Of a stretch of DNA of 64,000 bases, positions 48,737-58,933 are shown piece after piece. The notes under the pieces are model-generated. The model searched no databases. It was not told the DNA's origin and saw only the letters and a program-made list of their open reading frames with translations. Origin of the DNA: Deltaproteobacteria bacterium (GTDB taxonomy: Bacteria; Myxococcota_C; UBA6777). Position numbers and translations under genes: made by a program. The DNA is taken from NCBI GenBank assembly GCA_002731275.1, contig PCBK01000106.1, forward strand, positions 37,333-101,332. Direction: 5' to 3'. Within the stretch, counting starts at the first letter, position 1, and every line of letters begins with the position of its first letter.

Positions 48737-49791
48737 GGCAGACCAACAGACGTCAACAATTTCAGTGTACCTTTCAGATCGCGAAGTTTGTTGAGCTCAA
48801 CAGTTGGTGCTGTGTTCAACAGGTCTTTCAGTGGAAGCAAGAGTTTGTTTGCCTTAACTTCTTCGATCATGGGATACTCAAAGGCTTTCTGCGTAACGTA
48901 CTCTTGGGCCTTTTTGCTGAGGAGATAGGTCAAAAAGGTCTTGGCGTTTGCGGCATTCTTGCCACCCTTCAACAGACCAGCGCCCGCGATGTTCACGAGG
49001 TTACCAATATCGCGCTTTGCAAAGAATGTTTGCGCGACGGGATAGTTGGCGTCCTTGGTTTTAAACCGAAGCAGGTAGTAGTGGTTGGGCAGACCGTAGA
49101 CAACTTCGCCAGCCGCGATGGCTTTGACAATCGCGGTGTTTTTGGGGTAGCTCTTCGCTCCGTTCTTTTTCATGCCTTCGAGCCACGCTTTGGTTTTGGC
49201 TTCGCCGGCAGAGACGCGCATGGCGGTCACAAAAGCCTGGAAGGATGCATTTGTCGGCGCCCAGCCGACCTTCCCTTTGTACTTGGGTTTGGTCAGATCA
49301 AAGACGCTCTTGGGGATATCGTCTTTCTTCACCTTTTTGGGAGCGTACGCGATCACGCGAGCGCGACCACTTGTCGCCACCCAAAGCCCCGACTTGTTTT
49401 GCAAAAAGGAGGGTGTTTTTTTGATCAATTTGTCATCGATTTTGGCAAACGCCCCAGCTTGCTCAAGCAATCCAAGGGCGCCTGCGTCCTGAGACCAAAA
49501 GAGGTCCGCGCTGACCTTCTTTTGTTTGATCTCTTCGTTCAACAACAACGCAAGTTGTGCGGTCTTTCCGAATTTGACCTTTACCTTGATACCAGTGTCT
49601 TTGGTGAACATCTCGATGATCGGCTTAACCAGCTTCTTGCTGCGACCTGAGTAGATGACGAGCGTTTTGCTCTTTGTCACTGTTCTTTTTGTGGTTTTTT
49701 GATTTTGCTTCTTTTTGGAAGGTTTGGGACAACCTGCCATGCCCAACGCGAGCATACAGACAGACAATCCCACGACAAATCTCTTCATCAT
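48733..49791 (-). CDS. ABC transporter substrate-binding lipoprotein (Fe(III)-type by context)
   Basis: Lipobox LALGMAGC. Size and Lys-rich periplasmic-binding-protein composition fit. First gene of the three-gene importer operon. Confidence 0.75.
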   Translation of the reverse strand: MMKRFVVGLSVCMLALGMAGCPKPSKKKQNQKTTKRTVTKSKTLVIYSGRSKKLVKPIIEMFTKDTGIKVKVKFGKTAQLALLLNEEIKQKKVSADLFWSQDAGALGLLEQAGAFAKIDDKLIKKTPSFLQNKSGLWVATSGRARVIAYAPKKVKKDDIPKSVFDLTKPKYKGKVGWAPTNASFQAFVTAMRVSAGEAKTKAWLEGMKKNGAKSYPKNTAIVKAIAAGEVVYGLPNHYYLLRFKTKDANYPVAQTFFAKRDIGNLVNIAGAGLLKGGKNAANAKTFLTYLLSKKAQEYVTQKAFEYPMIEEVKANKLLLPLKDLLNTAPTVELNKLRDLKGTLKLLTSVGLP

Positions 49792-49865
49792 GGATCATTC
49801 CTCTTATATCATGTGTAGGATGGCAGGTATCATTGCGAATACATACCATCACCGTCAATTGCGAG

Positions 49866-49920
49866 AAGAGCATGCTGTGTACCTCTTCTCTCGTGTAGAA
49901 GAGGTACACAGCATGTTCTC
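49866..49920 (-). terminator. strong hairpin (19 perfect bp plus a 4-bp extension, 7-nt loop) between the MFS gene end and the ABC operon start
   Basis: catgctgtgtacctcttct (49871-49889) pairs perfectly with agaagaggtacacagcatg (49897-49915). It lies 88 nt downstream of the MFS stop and 75 nt upstream of the binding-protein start. No clear U-tract. Confidence 0.45.
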
Positions 49921-50007
49921 AATGTTCGAGAGGGGATGTAACAGCAAGCATTTGAAAAGTCAAGTTGGCCTCTCACAACCCCTACAATACGTTATCCAAT
50001 CCAACTT

Positions 50008-51288
50008 TCAGGAGTGGAAAGGTCCATGAGGCTCATCATCGTCAAAATCCAACATCATCTGGGAATCGAGTCGTGGGTCCAATTCGTTGGCAGCGAGTGT
50101 GACAGGCAACGCGACGGGCATAAATGGTTCTTGCTCCTCGACAGGCAGAGAAGGTCGATTTGCAGTGACGATGATCGACCAGATGGCGAGACTTCCAGTC
50201 GCCCCACCCAACCACGACAACAGCCCTACAGGCCCAAATGCGCGCAGCAAGTATGAGCCAACAAAAGGACCGAGCACCGCCCCCACACCAAAGACGATCA
50301 AAAAAGTCCCCGTGGCAGACGTGATCTTCTCTTGCTCAACGACGTCGTGTGTCAACGCGAGCGCGACGGGATAAATCGCCAATCCTAACGCCCCCATCAA
50401 CCCACCAACAGCGAGCAACACATACCAGGAAGAGAGTGGAAGCACGACCCCTGCGACCGCGACAAATGAAAAGAGCGAACAGATCATCAACAATGACCAC
50501 TCACGCCCCAATCGATCAGACAACAATCCAATCGGCCATTGCGCGATCAACCCACCCAACAACATCGCGGTCATGAAATATGAGATCTCCGTCGCGCTGC
50601 GACCCACATTCGCCGCAAACAACGGCAACACGCTCAACAACGACCCCTGCACAATCCCCGAGACAAAACACCCATATCCTCCGAGAGGTGTACTCTTCCA
50701 AAAAGAACGCAAGCCCATACGCACGTCTTCACTCATCGTCGGCTGTAGATTGTTGGTAAAGACAATCGGCACCAACGAAAAAGCGAACATCGCAGCCATG
50801 AAGGCGAACAATTCAAGGCTCCCCATCGAATAGCCGGTCAAGACCATCTGACCAGCCGCGAGGCTTCCTTGTGAGATCAATGTGTACAAAGACAGGAGCA
50901 CCCCACGCCCCCCAAATGTCGCGAGCTCACTGAGCCAACTCTCGATCACCACAAACAAACCAGCGATCGCAAAACCAACCGCCACCCGCAACAAAAACCA
51001 CCCCAATGGATGACGCACAACAAACATCAACAACGTCACATTGACCAACAAAGCGGCCATCCCAGCGTACACCCGGATGTGTCCGTACTTCTTAACCAAG
51101 CCTCCTTGAAACCACGCCCCCAACGCAAGGCCGACGTTATACGCAGCCAACACAAACGCCATCGAAGAGGTCGAATACCCCTGCTGCTTAATCACCAAAC
51201 TGACCGTTGTCATCAACATTCCGTGCGCCAACACCAAGACAGCTGTGCTGGTCAATAAAGGTCCGCTGGAGACCACCAACTTCAACAT
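50008..51288 (-). CDS. MFS transporter
   Basis: About 12 TM helices. MFS motif A-like GLLSDRLGRE lies between TM helices. Confidence 0.8.
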   Translation of the reverse strand: MLKLVVSSGPLLTSTAVLVLAHGMLMTTVSLVIKQQGYSTSSMAFVLAAYNVGLALGAWFQGGLVKKYGHIRVYAGMAALLVNVTLLMFVVRHPLGWFLLRVAVGFAIAGLFVVIESWLSELATFGGRGVLLSLYTLISQGSLAAGQMVLTGYSMGSLELFAFMAAMFAFSLVPIVFTNNLQPTMSEDVRMGLRSFWKSTPLGGYGCFVSGIVQGSLLSVLPLFAANVGRSATEISYFMTAMLLGGLIAQWPIGLLSDRLGREWSLLMICSLFSFVAVAGVVLPLSSWYVLLAVGGLMGALGLAIYPVALALTHDVVEQEKITSATGTFLIVFGVGAVLGPFVGSYLLRAFGPVGLLSWLGGATGSLAIWSIIVTANRPSLPVEEQEPFMPVALPVTLAANELDPRLDSQMMLDFDDDEPHGPFHS

Positions 51289-51656
51289 CTCTTTTACTTC
51301 CCTACATCACATGATCCCAACAAAGCCGTTGGAGGCATATGCGCGAACCACACGCGCTGTTCTCCCACTGATAGGATCGAAAAAAAAAGTCAAGCGGGGC
51401 ACAAAAGAAAACCATCAAACACAAAAACACCACAGCCAAAACGCCATACAAATCAAAAATCTTAACACTGAAAACAAGAAAAAAAGCGCAAACCTTTGAC
51501 ACATCGTCACAGCGCACACATACTCAACATACACAAAAAGACAAAGAAAAACATAGCCTTGCCCTAAGAAAAACAAGAGACATTCTTCAGACTGTAGGCG
51601 ACATCGAGAGTCCAGAGAGGCGAGCTCGCGAGTGAAAAGTATCCGAGCAAAACAGC

Positions 51657-52622
51657 TCACACAGGTCCAGACTTTTTGCGCCATGCCCCAGGAGAGAGAT
51701 GAAAATAACGTTTGAACGCCCGACTAAACGAGACGACAGAATCATAGCCGACGCTGCGTGCGACTTGATCCAGGCTGAGCCCCTGTTGCTTTTGAAGCAT
51801 GCTCGCGGCCGTTCTCATCCGCCACTGTGTCACATATTTTAACGGCGCCTCACCGACCAGCGCTTGAAAGCGTGCAGAAAAACCAGAGCGAGACATCCCG
51901 ACAGTTCGTCCCAATGATTCCACAGTCCAAGGATGTTCTGGTTTGTCATGTATCAACTGTATCGCATGGCCAATGTGTTTATCGCTTAGTGCACCGAGCC
52001 ATCCGCCCTCTCCTTCAGGCTGACGAGCGAGCCAGGTCCTTATAATTTGGAGAAAAAGAAGATCTGCCAAGCGAGAAATCGCAGTGTCCACTCCTTGGAG
52101 CTGCTCGCTCGATTCGTATGACATGTACCGTATGATCGTTTCCAACCAGGGTGCTGTTTTGTGATCTTCGTGTTTGATGTGCACAAGCGGCGGGATCACA
52201 GACAGCAATGGATGCTCATTGCCCCCTTCAAATAGAAAGCTTCCACAATACAAGGTTGTAGGTGGTCCTTCTCCATCCAACTCAAGAAGGGAGCAATGTT
52301 CCCCACAAACCTGTCCACCGTGTTTGCTTTGGTAGGTCTCCATCCCACGCTCCCTGAACTCATCAAAAGACAGAGGTACAGTCTCCAAAGAATCAGCGAT
52401 TACGTGTTCAGAAGCACAAGACACCATCACAAGCTCCCCCGCCGAGAATGTGATGGGTTCCTCTCCCTTGACAGCGAGAACCCCACCGCCGCTATCGCAA
52501 ATATGAAACATCAAACTATCAGAAGGTGCTACACGAACCCCCCAAGAGCCTCTCACCTCCGCCCTCGCAAAGATAGTCCCTTCAACGCGCAATGATTGAA
52601 GCACATGCGTCAGAACATCCAT
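51657..52622 (-). CDS. AraC-family transcriptional regulator with N-terminal cupin-like domain
   Basis: C-terminal double HTH: MSRSGFSARFQALVGEAPLKYVTQWRM ... VGYDSVVSFSRAFKRYFHLSPGAWR. Confidence 0.85.
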   Translation of the reverse strand: MDVLTHVLQSLRVEGTIFARAEVRGSWGVRVAPSDSLMFHICDSGGGVLAVKGEEPITFSAGELVMVSCASEHVIADSLETVPLSFDEFRERGMETYQSKHGGQVCGEHCSLLELDGEGPPTTLYCGSFLFEGGNEHPLLSVIPPLVHIKHEDHKTAPWLETIIRYMSYESSEQLQGVDTAISRLADLLFLQIIRTWLARQPEGEGGWLGALSDKHIGHAIQLIHDKPEHPWTVESLGRTVGMSRSGFSARFQALVGEAPLKYVTQWRMRTAASMLQKQQGLSLDQVARSVGYDSVVSFSRAFKRYFHLSPGAWRKKSGPV

Positions 52623-52829
52623 TCTTCTTCCTTTTTTGGCTACTTACAACAACCAAGACGAATTGTATAAAATTGTGGATGAAATGATATTGTTCATCCA
52701 CAATTTTGTACTTATCATAGGTCTCGTCAAGGGAGAGACAAGACTCTAAAGACAATCTCTTCAAAAATGAATAAAAACATCTTACAAAAGTGCAAGACAT
52801 TTGCGCCTTCATGATGCAAGGAGAACAAA

Positions 52830-53561
52830 ATGGGACAATTTAACAACAAAGTTGCGATCGTAACGGGCGGTGGAACAGGTATCGGAAAACAAATGACTGA
52901 ATCTTTGGTCGCAGAAGGCGCAAAGGTTGTCATCACAGGACGCCGAAGAGGACCACTTGAGGCACTTTCGCAAAAACACCCCGAACAAATCTATTTTGTT
53001 CAGGCAGACGTCTCGAAACCCAACGACCCCAAAAGAGTTGTTGAGTATACAATCGAAACACTTGGGCAATTGGACATCTTGATCAACAACGCCGGAACAT
53101 TCGCAAGTGCTCCTTTGGTAGAGACCTCTGATGAAGACATCACCCGAGTGCTCAACGTGAACATCTTAGGCGTCCTCGCCTTCAGCCGCGAAGCGATCCC
53201 ATACCTGAGCAAAACAAACGGAAACATCGTAAACACATCATCTGTTGTCGCAACCGGCGTGATGCCGGGGATCTCTGTCTACGCAGCGAGCAAAGCCGCT
53301 GTCGATCATATCACACGCACACTTGCCGCAGAGCTCGGACCCCAAGGTATCCGGGTGAATGCAGTCTCACCGGGAATGACCAGAACGGATATGGCCGCAC
53401 CGATGCTTGAACAAATGGAAGAATCTTTTGCACAACAGACACCACTTGCGCGCATAGGAAATCCCATCGACATCGCAAACGTCGCGCTCTTCTTGGCCTC
53501 AAACAAAGCCGGGTGGGTCACAGGACAGGTATTGGCCTCAAGCGGTGGCTTGATGCTCTAA
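52830..53561 (+). CDS. short-chain dehydrogenase/reductase (SDR)
   Basis: Motifs TGGGTGIGK, NNAG and the YAASKAA catalytic YxxxK. It is divergent from the AraC gene. Confidence 0.9.
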   Translation: MGQFNNKVAIVTGGGTGIGKQMTESLVAEGAKVVITGRRRGPLEALSQKHPEQIYFVQADVSKPNDPKRVVEYTIETLGQLDILINNAGTFASAPLVETSDEDITRVLNVNILGVLAFSREAIPYLSKTNGNIVNTSSVVATGVMPGISVYAASKAAVDHITRTLAAELGPQGIRVNAVSPGMTRTDMAAPMLEQMEESFAQQTPLARIGNPIDIANVALFLASNKAGWVTGQVLASSGGLML

Positions 53562-53841
53562 TCTGCGAACTTCCAAACCCCCTCCTTCACTCCCACCTCT
53601 ACCTTATGTCTTCCCCACATAGGTTTACATAACAATTCAGACGTTGACTCATTTCTCGCCGAGGCGAACAACTCTCCACACATTTCAAATTGCATTGGGT
53701 TGTTGACTTTTCACCGGTCTATCTGGACGATGTCACCACTCAAGTTTCCGTTTGCTCTCTTTTGCCAAGAGACGACCTGTCCACGACACCCCATAGAGAG
53801 CGTATACGAAGGCTTTGGCAACTACTTCCAGGAGAGCGTAG

Positions 53842-55107
53842 ATGAGTCCGTCAAAACCGCCCGAAGAGACCCCTCAACAGCAAGACATGTCGAAAAAGAA
53901 GACCTCTCCCAACACGGTCATTCCGGAACTTGAAATGGATGCAGTGCCAGAGAGTAAAGACTCACCACTCCATACAGAAGAAGACCTCTCGGCTGCACCA
54001 CCGTCCTCTCAAGAGGTGACAGCATCAGAGCAAATCGCCATTATCGACGCCGATGACATCGCCCTCGCCTCGCTCCCAGAAACACATCCACCTTCACAAA
54101 CGCCTCCTTCCCCAAGGCCAAAGATACGACATTTCCTTCAGAATATCTTCGAAGTCTCCGCGCTGTACGATTTAGAGGAGTGGCCCAACGTATCACACGA
54201 GTTGTATCTCAAAGCCCGAGAAGAATTACGAATCCGCGTGGATACAGTGTACAACTTCATGAAGCACAAGGGATTTAACTGGGAAAAACGTAGTTCATTC
54301 CGCATCTTTGGCGAAACCTTGTTACAACTGTTGTGGATCGACTGGTCTGACCCTGAGGCGAAACACACAGCGACCCACGAGGTCCTCTCACAACTTTCCA
54401 AACGACCACAAGCCATCCTCGACTACGATCAACTCTACTGCACACCGGACAGCGCAGAACGTCGACGTGATCTTGTCCTGACACACCACGCGCTCGCCGA
54501 CAAAAAGGTGCTCTTCATCGGAGATGATGATCTCGGCTCCGTCGTCCTCGCTCCTCACTTCCCAGGCGAAATCCACATGCTCGACCTCGATCAACGGCTG
54601 CTGCAATTCGTCCAAGAGGAAGCTCCAAATGTCCATCGACACGAGATCAACTTGATCTTGAGTGGCATTCCAGCGCCCCTCCACAAGTACTTCGACGCAG
54701 TGTTTCTCGATCCACATTGGGAATACAGTGGCGCGTGGATGTTCCTCAACAAAGCCATCTATGCCCTCAGTGAACATCCAGACGCGCGGATTTATCTATC
54801 TTTTTGCCCAGTCCATCTCGAATACCAACCTGGACAGATGACACGTTTTTGGAAACGACTCGCCAGTCTGGGTATGATGTGCGAGCAAGTGATCCCTGCG
54901 TTCAACTTGTACAGCCTCGATGAAGCTGATATCCCTGAGTTTCGCGCGCTGATCGATGAGTATCTGCCGCAGCTCGAATCGTCATTCGCGAACGCTCTTA
55001 GAGAGATTCCATTTGCCTTCTCGAATATGTATGTGCTCAAAAGAATACCAGGGCATCGCCCTCACAAGATACGTTCGTTTTTCTTCAACTGGTGGCACTC
55101 CGCCTAA
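53842..55107 (+). CDS. protein with disordered N-terminus and bis-aminopropyl spermidine synthase (BpsA/DUF43)-like C-terminal domain
   Basis: The segment KKVLFIGDDDLGSVVLAP ... IHMLDLDQRLLQFV ... FDAVFLDPHW resembles the GDDDL and DPP-type motifs I recall for DUF43/BpsA. Assignment is tentative. Confidence 0.45.
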   Translation: MSPSKPPEETPQQQDMSKKKTSPNTVIPELEMDAVPESKDSPLHTEEDLSAAPPSSQEVTASEQIAIIDADDIALASLPETHPPSQTPPSPRPKIRHFLQNIFEVSALYDLEEWPNVSHELYLKAREELRIRVDTVYNFMKHKGFNWEKRSSFRIFGETLLQLLWIDWSDPEAKHTATHEVLSQLSKRPQAILDYDQLYCTPDSAERRRDLVLTHHALADKKVLFIGDDDLGSVVLAPHFPGEIHMLDLDQRLLQFVQEEAPNVHRHEINLILSGIPAPLHKYFDAVFLDPHWEYSGAWMFLNKAIYALSEHPDARIYLSFCPVHLEYQPGQMTRFWKRLASLGMMCEQVIPAFNLYSLDEADIPEFRALIDEYLPQLESSFANALREIPFAFSNMYVLKRIPGHRPHKIRSFFFNWWHSA

Positions 55108-55116
55108 GCCGAAGGA

Positions 55117-56574
55117 TTGATCTGCATGCGCTTTTTTCACCCCGAACATGACAGCCAACTCGAACTCTCACTTGAAGACGTGTTCATCGTCCCTGACTAC
55201 TACGACGGTGGTTCGAGGTTGGACGTCGACCTGACTCCGATGGACTTTCCAGGTGGCGCCCACCCGATCGTGTCTGCCAACATGAACGGCGTGACAGGAA
55301 AACGTATGGCTGAGACGATGGCCCGCTATGGCGGCTTTGGCGTACTTCCACAGGATATGGAGCTTGACACCGTCGAACGGATCGTCAAACACATCAAATC
55401 CGCAGATCCACAATTTGACACCCCCCTCGTCGTCACACCAGAAGCGACGTTGCGGGATGTACAGGGGATCATCAGGAAACGAGCACACGATATGGTCGTC
55501 GTCGTGGACAAAGAAAACCGCCCCCTTGGCGTCGTGACACAGGCGGATTTACGGGACAGAGACCAATATACAAAGGTCGGTAGATTGATGTCCAAAGAGA
55601 TGGTGAAGTTGCGTCGCGGGATGAGCAACCAAGAGGCCTTCACCTTGATGCACCAGAATCGCGTCAAAGCAGCTCCAGTCCTCGACGATGACGATAAATT
55701 ATGTGGATTGCTCACCCGAGACGATGCTGTGCGCTTGGAATTGCTCAAGCCAGCGGTCAACACGAGAGGTGAGTTGATGGTCGCGGTCGCCGTTGGGATT
55801 TCTCAGGGCGCCGCGGACACAGCGACCGCGTTGGTCGAGATGGGGGTCGATGTGATCGTGCTTGACACCGCCCACGGCTACCAAAAGCGAATGCTTGAGA
55901 CCATACAAAATGTACGCAAGGCTATCGGTTCCTCCGTCCCTATCGTCGCAGGAAATGTTTGCACGGCGGAAGGCACAAAGGCATTGATCGACGCAGGCGC
56001 CGATATCATCAAGGTCAACGTTGGACCAGGCGCGATGTGCACAACACGTATGCAGACAGGAGTCGGGCGACCGAGCTTTTCATCCGTCCTCGCCTGCGCC
56101 AACGAAGCCAAGCAACACGGTTGTCACGTGTGGGCTGATGGCGGTGTCCGACACCCAAGAGATGTCGCGCTCTATCTCGCTGCAGGGGCTTCTCGCGTCA
56201 TGATCGGCACGATGCTCTGTGGAACCTACGAAAGTCCTGGAGACATCAAAGAAGATCCCGAAGGCTTCCTGTACAAAGAAAACTACGGCATGGCCAGCGC
56301 CAGAGCCGTACTAGAGCGAAACACTGCCTTGACCGCCTTTGAAAAGGCCAAAAAAGGCTTCTTTCGAGAAGGTATCAGCAGCTCACGCATCTACCTACAA
56401 GAACACAGAGAGAGTGTCGGGGAGATCATGATCGAGATCATCACTGGCGTTCAATCTTCCTTCACTTACGTCGGCACGACAGACATCCCCTCCTTCCAAG
56501 AGAAAGTGATCGTAGGCGTCCAAACACAAGCCGGCTTTGGCGAAGGAACAGCCCACGGACGCATCCGCAAATAA
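55117..56574 (+). CDS. IMP dehydrogenase/GMP reductase family protein with CBS pair (GuaB1-like)
   Basis: GVLPQ, a CBS-pair region, the catalytic loop [13 protein letters not shown], and [11 protein letters not shown]. The start could be the ATG at 55126. Confidence 0.8.
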   Translation: MICMRFFHPEHDSQLELSLEDVFIVPDYYDGGSRLDVDLTPMDFPGGAHPIVSANMNGVTGKRMAETMARYGGFGVLPQDMELDTVERIVKHIKSADPQFDTPLVVTPEATLRDVQGIIRKRAHDMVVVVDKENRPLGVVTQADLRDRDQYTKVGRLMSKEMVKLRRGMSNQEAFTLMHQNRVKAAPVLDDDDKLCGLLTRDDAVRLELLKPAVNTRGELMVAVAVGISQGAADTATALVEMGVDVIVLDTAHGYQKRMLETIQNVRKAIGSSVPIVAGNVCTAEGTKALIDAGADIIKVNVGPGAMCTTRMQTGVGRPSFSSVLACANEAKQHGCHVWADGGVRHPRDVALYLAAGASRVMIGTMLCGTYESPGDIKEDPEGFLYKENYGMASARAVLERNTALTAFEKAKKGFFREGISSSRIYLQEHRESVGEIMIEIITGVQSSFTYVGTTDIPSFQEKVIVGVQTQAGFGEGTAHGRIRK

Positions 56575-56765
56575 CCCCCTTCTCCACCACCCGAAAACCT
56601 TTTTGCCAGCCACTGCGTCTATACCAACACGCACCTGGAAGGATGAGTATCCTCCACACAGGTACGAAAAACTTGCAAATGCAGCCAAAATCCAACACAT
56701 TCACAATAGAATGACATGTTCACGTGTGGAAACGTTCACGTTCCACCAAACACAATGGTACAGAG

Positions 56766-58886
56766 ATGATACAGAATGAAGGCACGACCTGCCCGGAGTG
56801 TGGAACTTCCATCCTCAACATTCCCGAAGGCGGTCGATTTTGTGCAAAGTGCAGATTCCCGCTCATGCACGTCGCCAACAAGTATAGATTGATCAAAACC
56901 CTCGCAGAAGGTGGTTTTGGTACTGTGTTTCTGGCAAAACACATCCGGCTCCAAGAAGACGCGATGCGCGTGATCAAGGTCATGAAGCCCGAAGTCATGA
57001 AGATCGCAGGGATGGAGACGCGTTTTTACAGAGAGGTCCGGATCACCTCCTCACTGTCCCAGAAAAATGAACACATCGTTCGGATCTACGATGACTTTGG
57101 TGAAGAAGAAGGCCTCGGCTTTTACTACGTCATGGAACACCTCCACGGTCGCCCACTCAGCCATCGCCTCCAAGAAGGCCACCTCACCCCTGTCGAGATC
57201 CAAAATGTCTTTGAGCAGATGACCAAAGGCATCGCAGAAGCCCACCGCGCAGGCATCATTCACCGAGATCTCAAACCAGACAACATCATGTTGGTAGAAA
57301 AAGGCCACCAAACGCAACTCGTCAAGTTGCTCGACTTTGGAATCGCCAAACCACTCGGTGATAACAGCCAACCGAACCTCACACAAGGCATGCTCGGCAC
57401 GCCCGCCTACATGTCTCCAGAACAATGCCTGGGACAAGAGATCGGCAGAGAGGCCGACATTTACGCGGTTGGGATCATACTCTACGAACTCTTCACAGGA
57501 CGCCCTCCCTTTGGTGGCAATACAGATCAGGCACAAAGCAGCAATGGGTTCATGGCAGTACTCCACGCACATATCACACAACAGGTCCCTTCACTGCGTG
57601 AAAAACTTCCACAGATGCCCCAAGGGATCGAAGCAGCGATCCTCAAGTCATTGGCCAAAAAGCCCGAAAATCGCTTCGGTAGTATGGAAGAGCTCTATCA
57701 AGACATCGCCCCCAAATTGGCGAGTTGGACGGGTATTCCATTACAAGCCCCAGAGCTGCTGGACGCTCCGACACCACGTATCACCCGTTCCTCTTACTCC
57801 CAACCCTCAGGGGAACTCATTCCCGCGGCACAGAGTTACGCTCCAGCGCCCCCTACACAGATCCCACATAGCTCTCCATTGTCCAAAGGGCTCATCCTTG
57901 GGATGCTCGTCTTTATGGTCTTGTTAACAGCAGGATTGGGCTACACCATTTACTTGTTGAAGCAAGAAAAGCAACCGACCCCACGTACAAACATCCGAAC
58001 AGTTGTGCGAAAGCGACCAACAAAACGTCTCCATCCTCCAAAGCGTCCCCGTCCTCACCCTCCGGAAGCACGCACCCAAAAGACCATCAAAAAAGCCCCA
58101 CAACCGACAAAAAGAGCGGTGCAGCCTCCCCCTCGTCGACCAAAGAAACGTACCCTGAGAAAAGTCACGATCGCCCGAAAGCGATTCAGAAGACGCTATA
58201 AAAGAAGACGTATCAAGAGTCGGAGAGTCCGGAGAGCAGTACCTATCGCACGTGTAGATATCGATCGATTGATCAAAGACGCCAATCTCACGAGCGACGC
58301 CGAAGCAACAACACGTAGATTCTTTGTAGAGGGAAAAAAACTCGAACGCAGTATCCGTAATGGTATGACAGCGAGGACGTACTTACTCGCACGACGTGTC
58401 CATCGAATCCACAAAGACTTGCTGATGTACAAGTTACCAAGTGCGCTCTACAAACAATTAGGGAAATACGAAGCAATGGGAGTATACGCGCTCATCCAAG
58501 TGCGTAGAAAGAGATTTGCCAAATTCCAGTACCAAGGCCAATCAAATGCCGAGTTGGGTCGGGAATACACCAAACACGTAAATGCTCTTGGAAGCTACAT
58601 CGCTCTGATCTCGAAACTCTTTCGCTTCAGATCGTCGAATTACTACCCATGTGGAAGCTACTACTTCGCAGAAGCCTATCTCATTACAGCAGATGCGATG
58701 GCAAATTCTCCGCAGCCTGCGCAGGGTGAGGAGAACACCTACTATAAACTGCTCAAAAACTCAGCTTCAAGGTACAGAACGATGGCCATGGAACAACTGC
58801 GTCCTGGTCTCCAACACGCATCCAACTACAAAGCTCCAAAATGCCATAAGAAAATGGTTCGTATGTACAAGCGACTCCGACAGTAA
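56766..58886 (+). CDS. Ser/Thr protein kinase with N-terminal zinc ribbon, TM helix and helical C-terminal domain
   Basis: CPEC...CAKC zinc ribbon. Kinase motifs AEGGFGTVFLAKH, HRDLKPDNIM, DFGIAK and SPE. It is a paralogue of the 40581-42443 kinase. The start at 56766 was chosen by alignment with that paralogue. Confidence 0.85.
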   Translation: MIQNEGTTCPECGTSILNIPEGGRFCAKCRFPLMHVANKYRLIKTLAEGGFGTVFLAKHIRLQEDAMRVIKVMKPEVMKIAGMETRFYREVRITSSLSQKNEHIVRIYDDFGEEEGLGFYYVMEHLHGRPLSHRLQEGHLTPVEIQNVFEQMTKGIAEAHRAGIIHRDLKPDNIMLVEKGHQTQLVKLLDFGIAKPLGDNSQPNLTQGMLGTPAYMSPEQCLGQEIGREADIYAVGIILYELFTGRPPFGGNTDQAQSSNGFMAVLHAHITQQVPSLREKLPQMPQGIEAAILKSLAKKPENRFGSMEELYQDIAPKLASWTGIPLQAPELLDAPTPRITRSSYSQPSGELIPAAQSYAPAPPTQIPHSSPLSKGLILGMLVFMVLLTAGLGYTIYLLKQEKQPTPRTNIRTVVRKRPTKRLHPPKRPRPHPPEARTQKTIKKAPQPTKRAVQPPPRRPKKRTLRKVTIARKRFRRRYKRRRIKSRRVRRAVPIARVDIDRLIKDANLTSDAEATTRRFFVEGKKLERSIRNGMTARTYLLARRVHRIHKDLLMYKLPSALYKQLGKYEAMGVYALIQVRRKRFAKFQYQGQSNAELGREYTKHVNALGSYIALISKLFRFRSSNYYPCGSYYFAEAYLITADAMANSPQPAQGEENTYYKLLKNSASRYRTMAMEQLRPGLQHASNYKAPKCHKKMVRMYKRLRQ

Positions 58887-58933
58887 GTGACCTTCAGCCC
58901 ACTATCCTCCACCCCTCACATAAGGAGGCCCCA

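Noticed and set aside
48658-49650. 330-aa plus-strand ORF antisense to the ABC substrate-binding gene. Similar long antisense ORFs occur at 22017..22877, 62247..63155, 7378..8130, 6374..7045, 3633..4391 and 14014..14676.
   Set aside because: Their translations are R/H/L/C-rich with no motifs. The opposite-strand frames carry clear family motifs, signal peptides or ribosome-binding sites. Long antisense frames are expected from the codon bias of the real genes.
49792-49865. A Fur box or iron-responsive operator upstream of the Fe-type ABC operon (for example ggtatcattgcgaatacatacc).
   Set aside because: It is only a 5-bp inverted repeat and matches the GATAATGATAATCATTATC consensus poorly. 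The evidence is insufficient.
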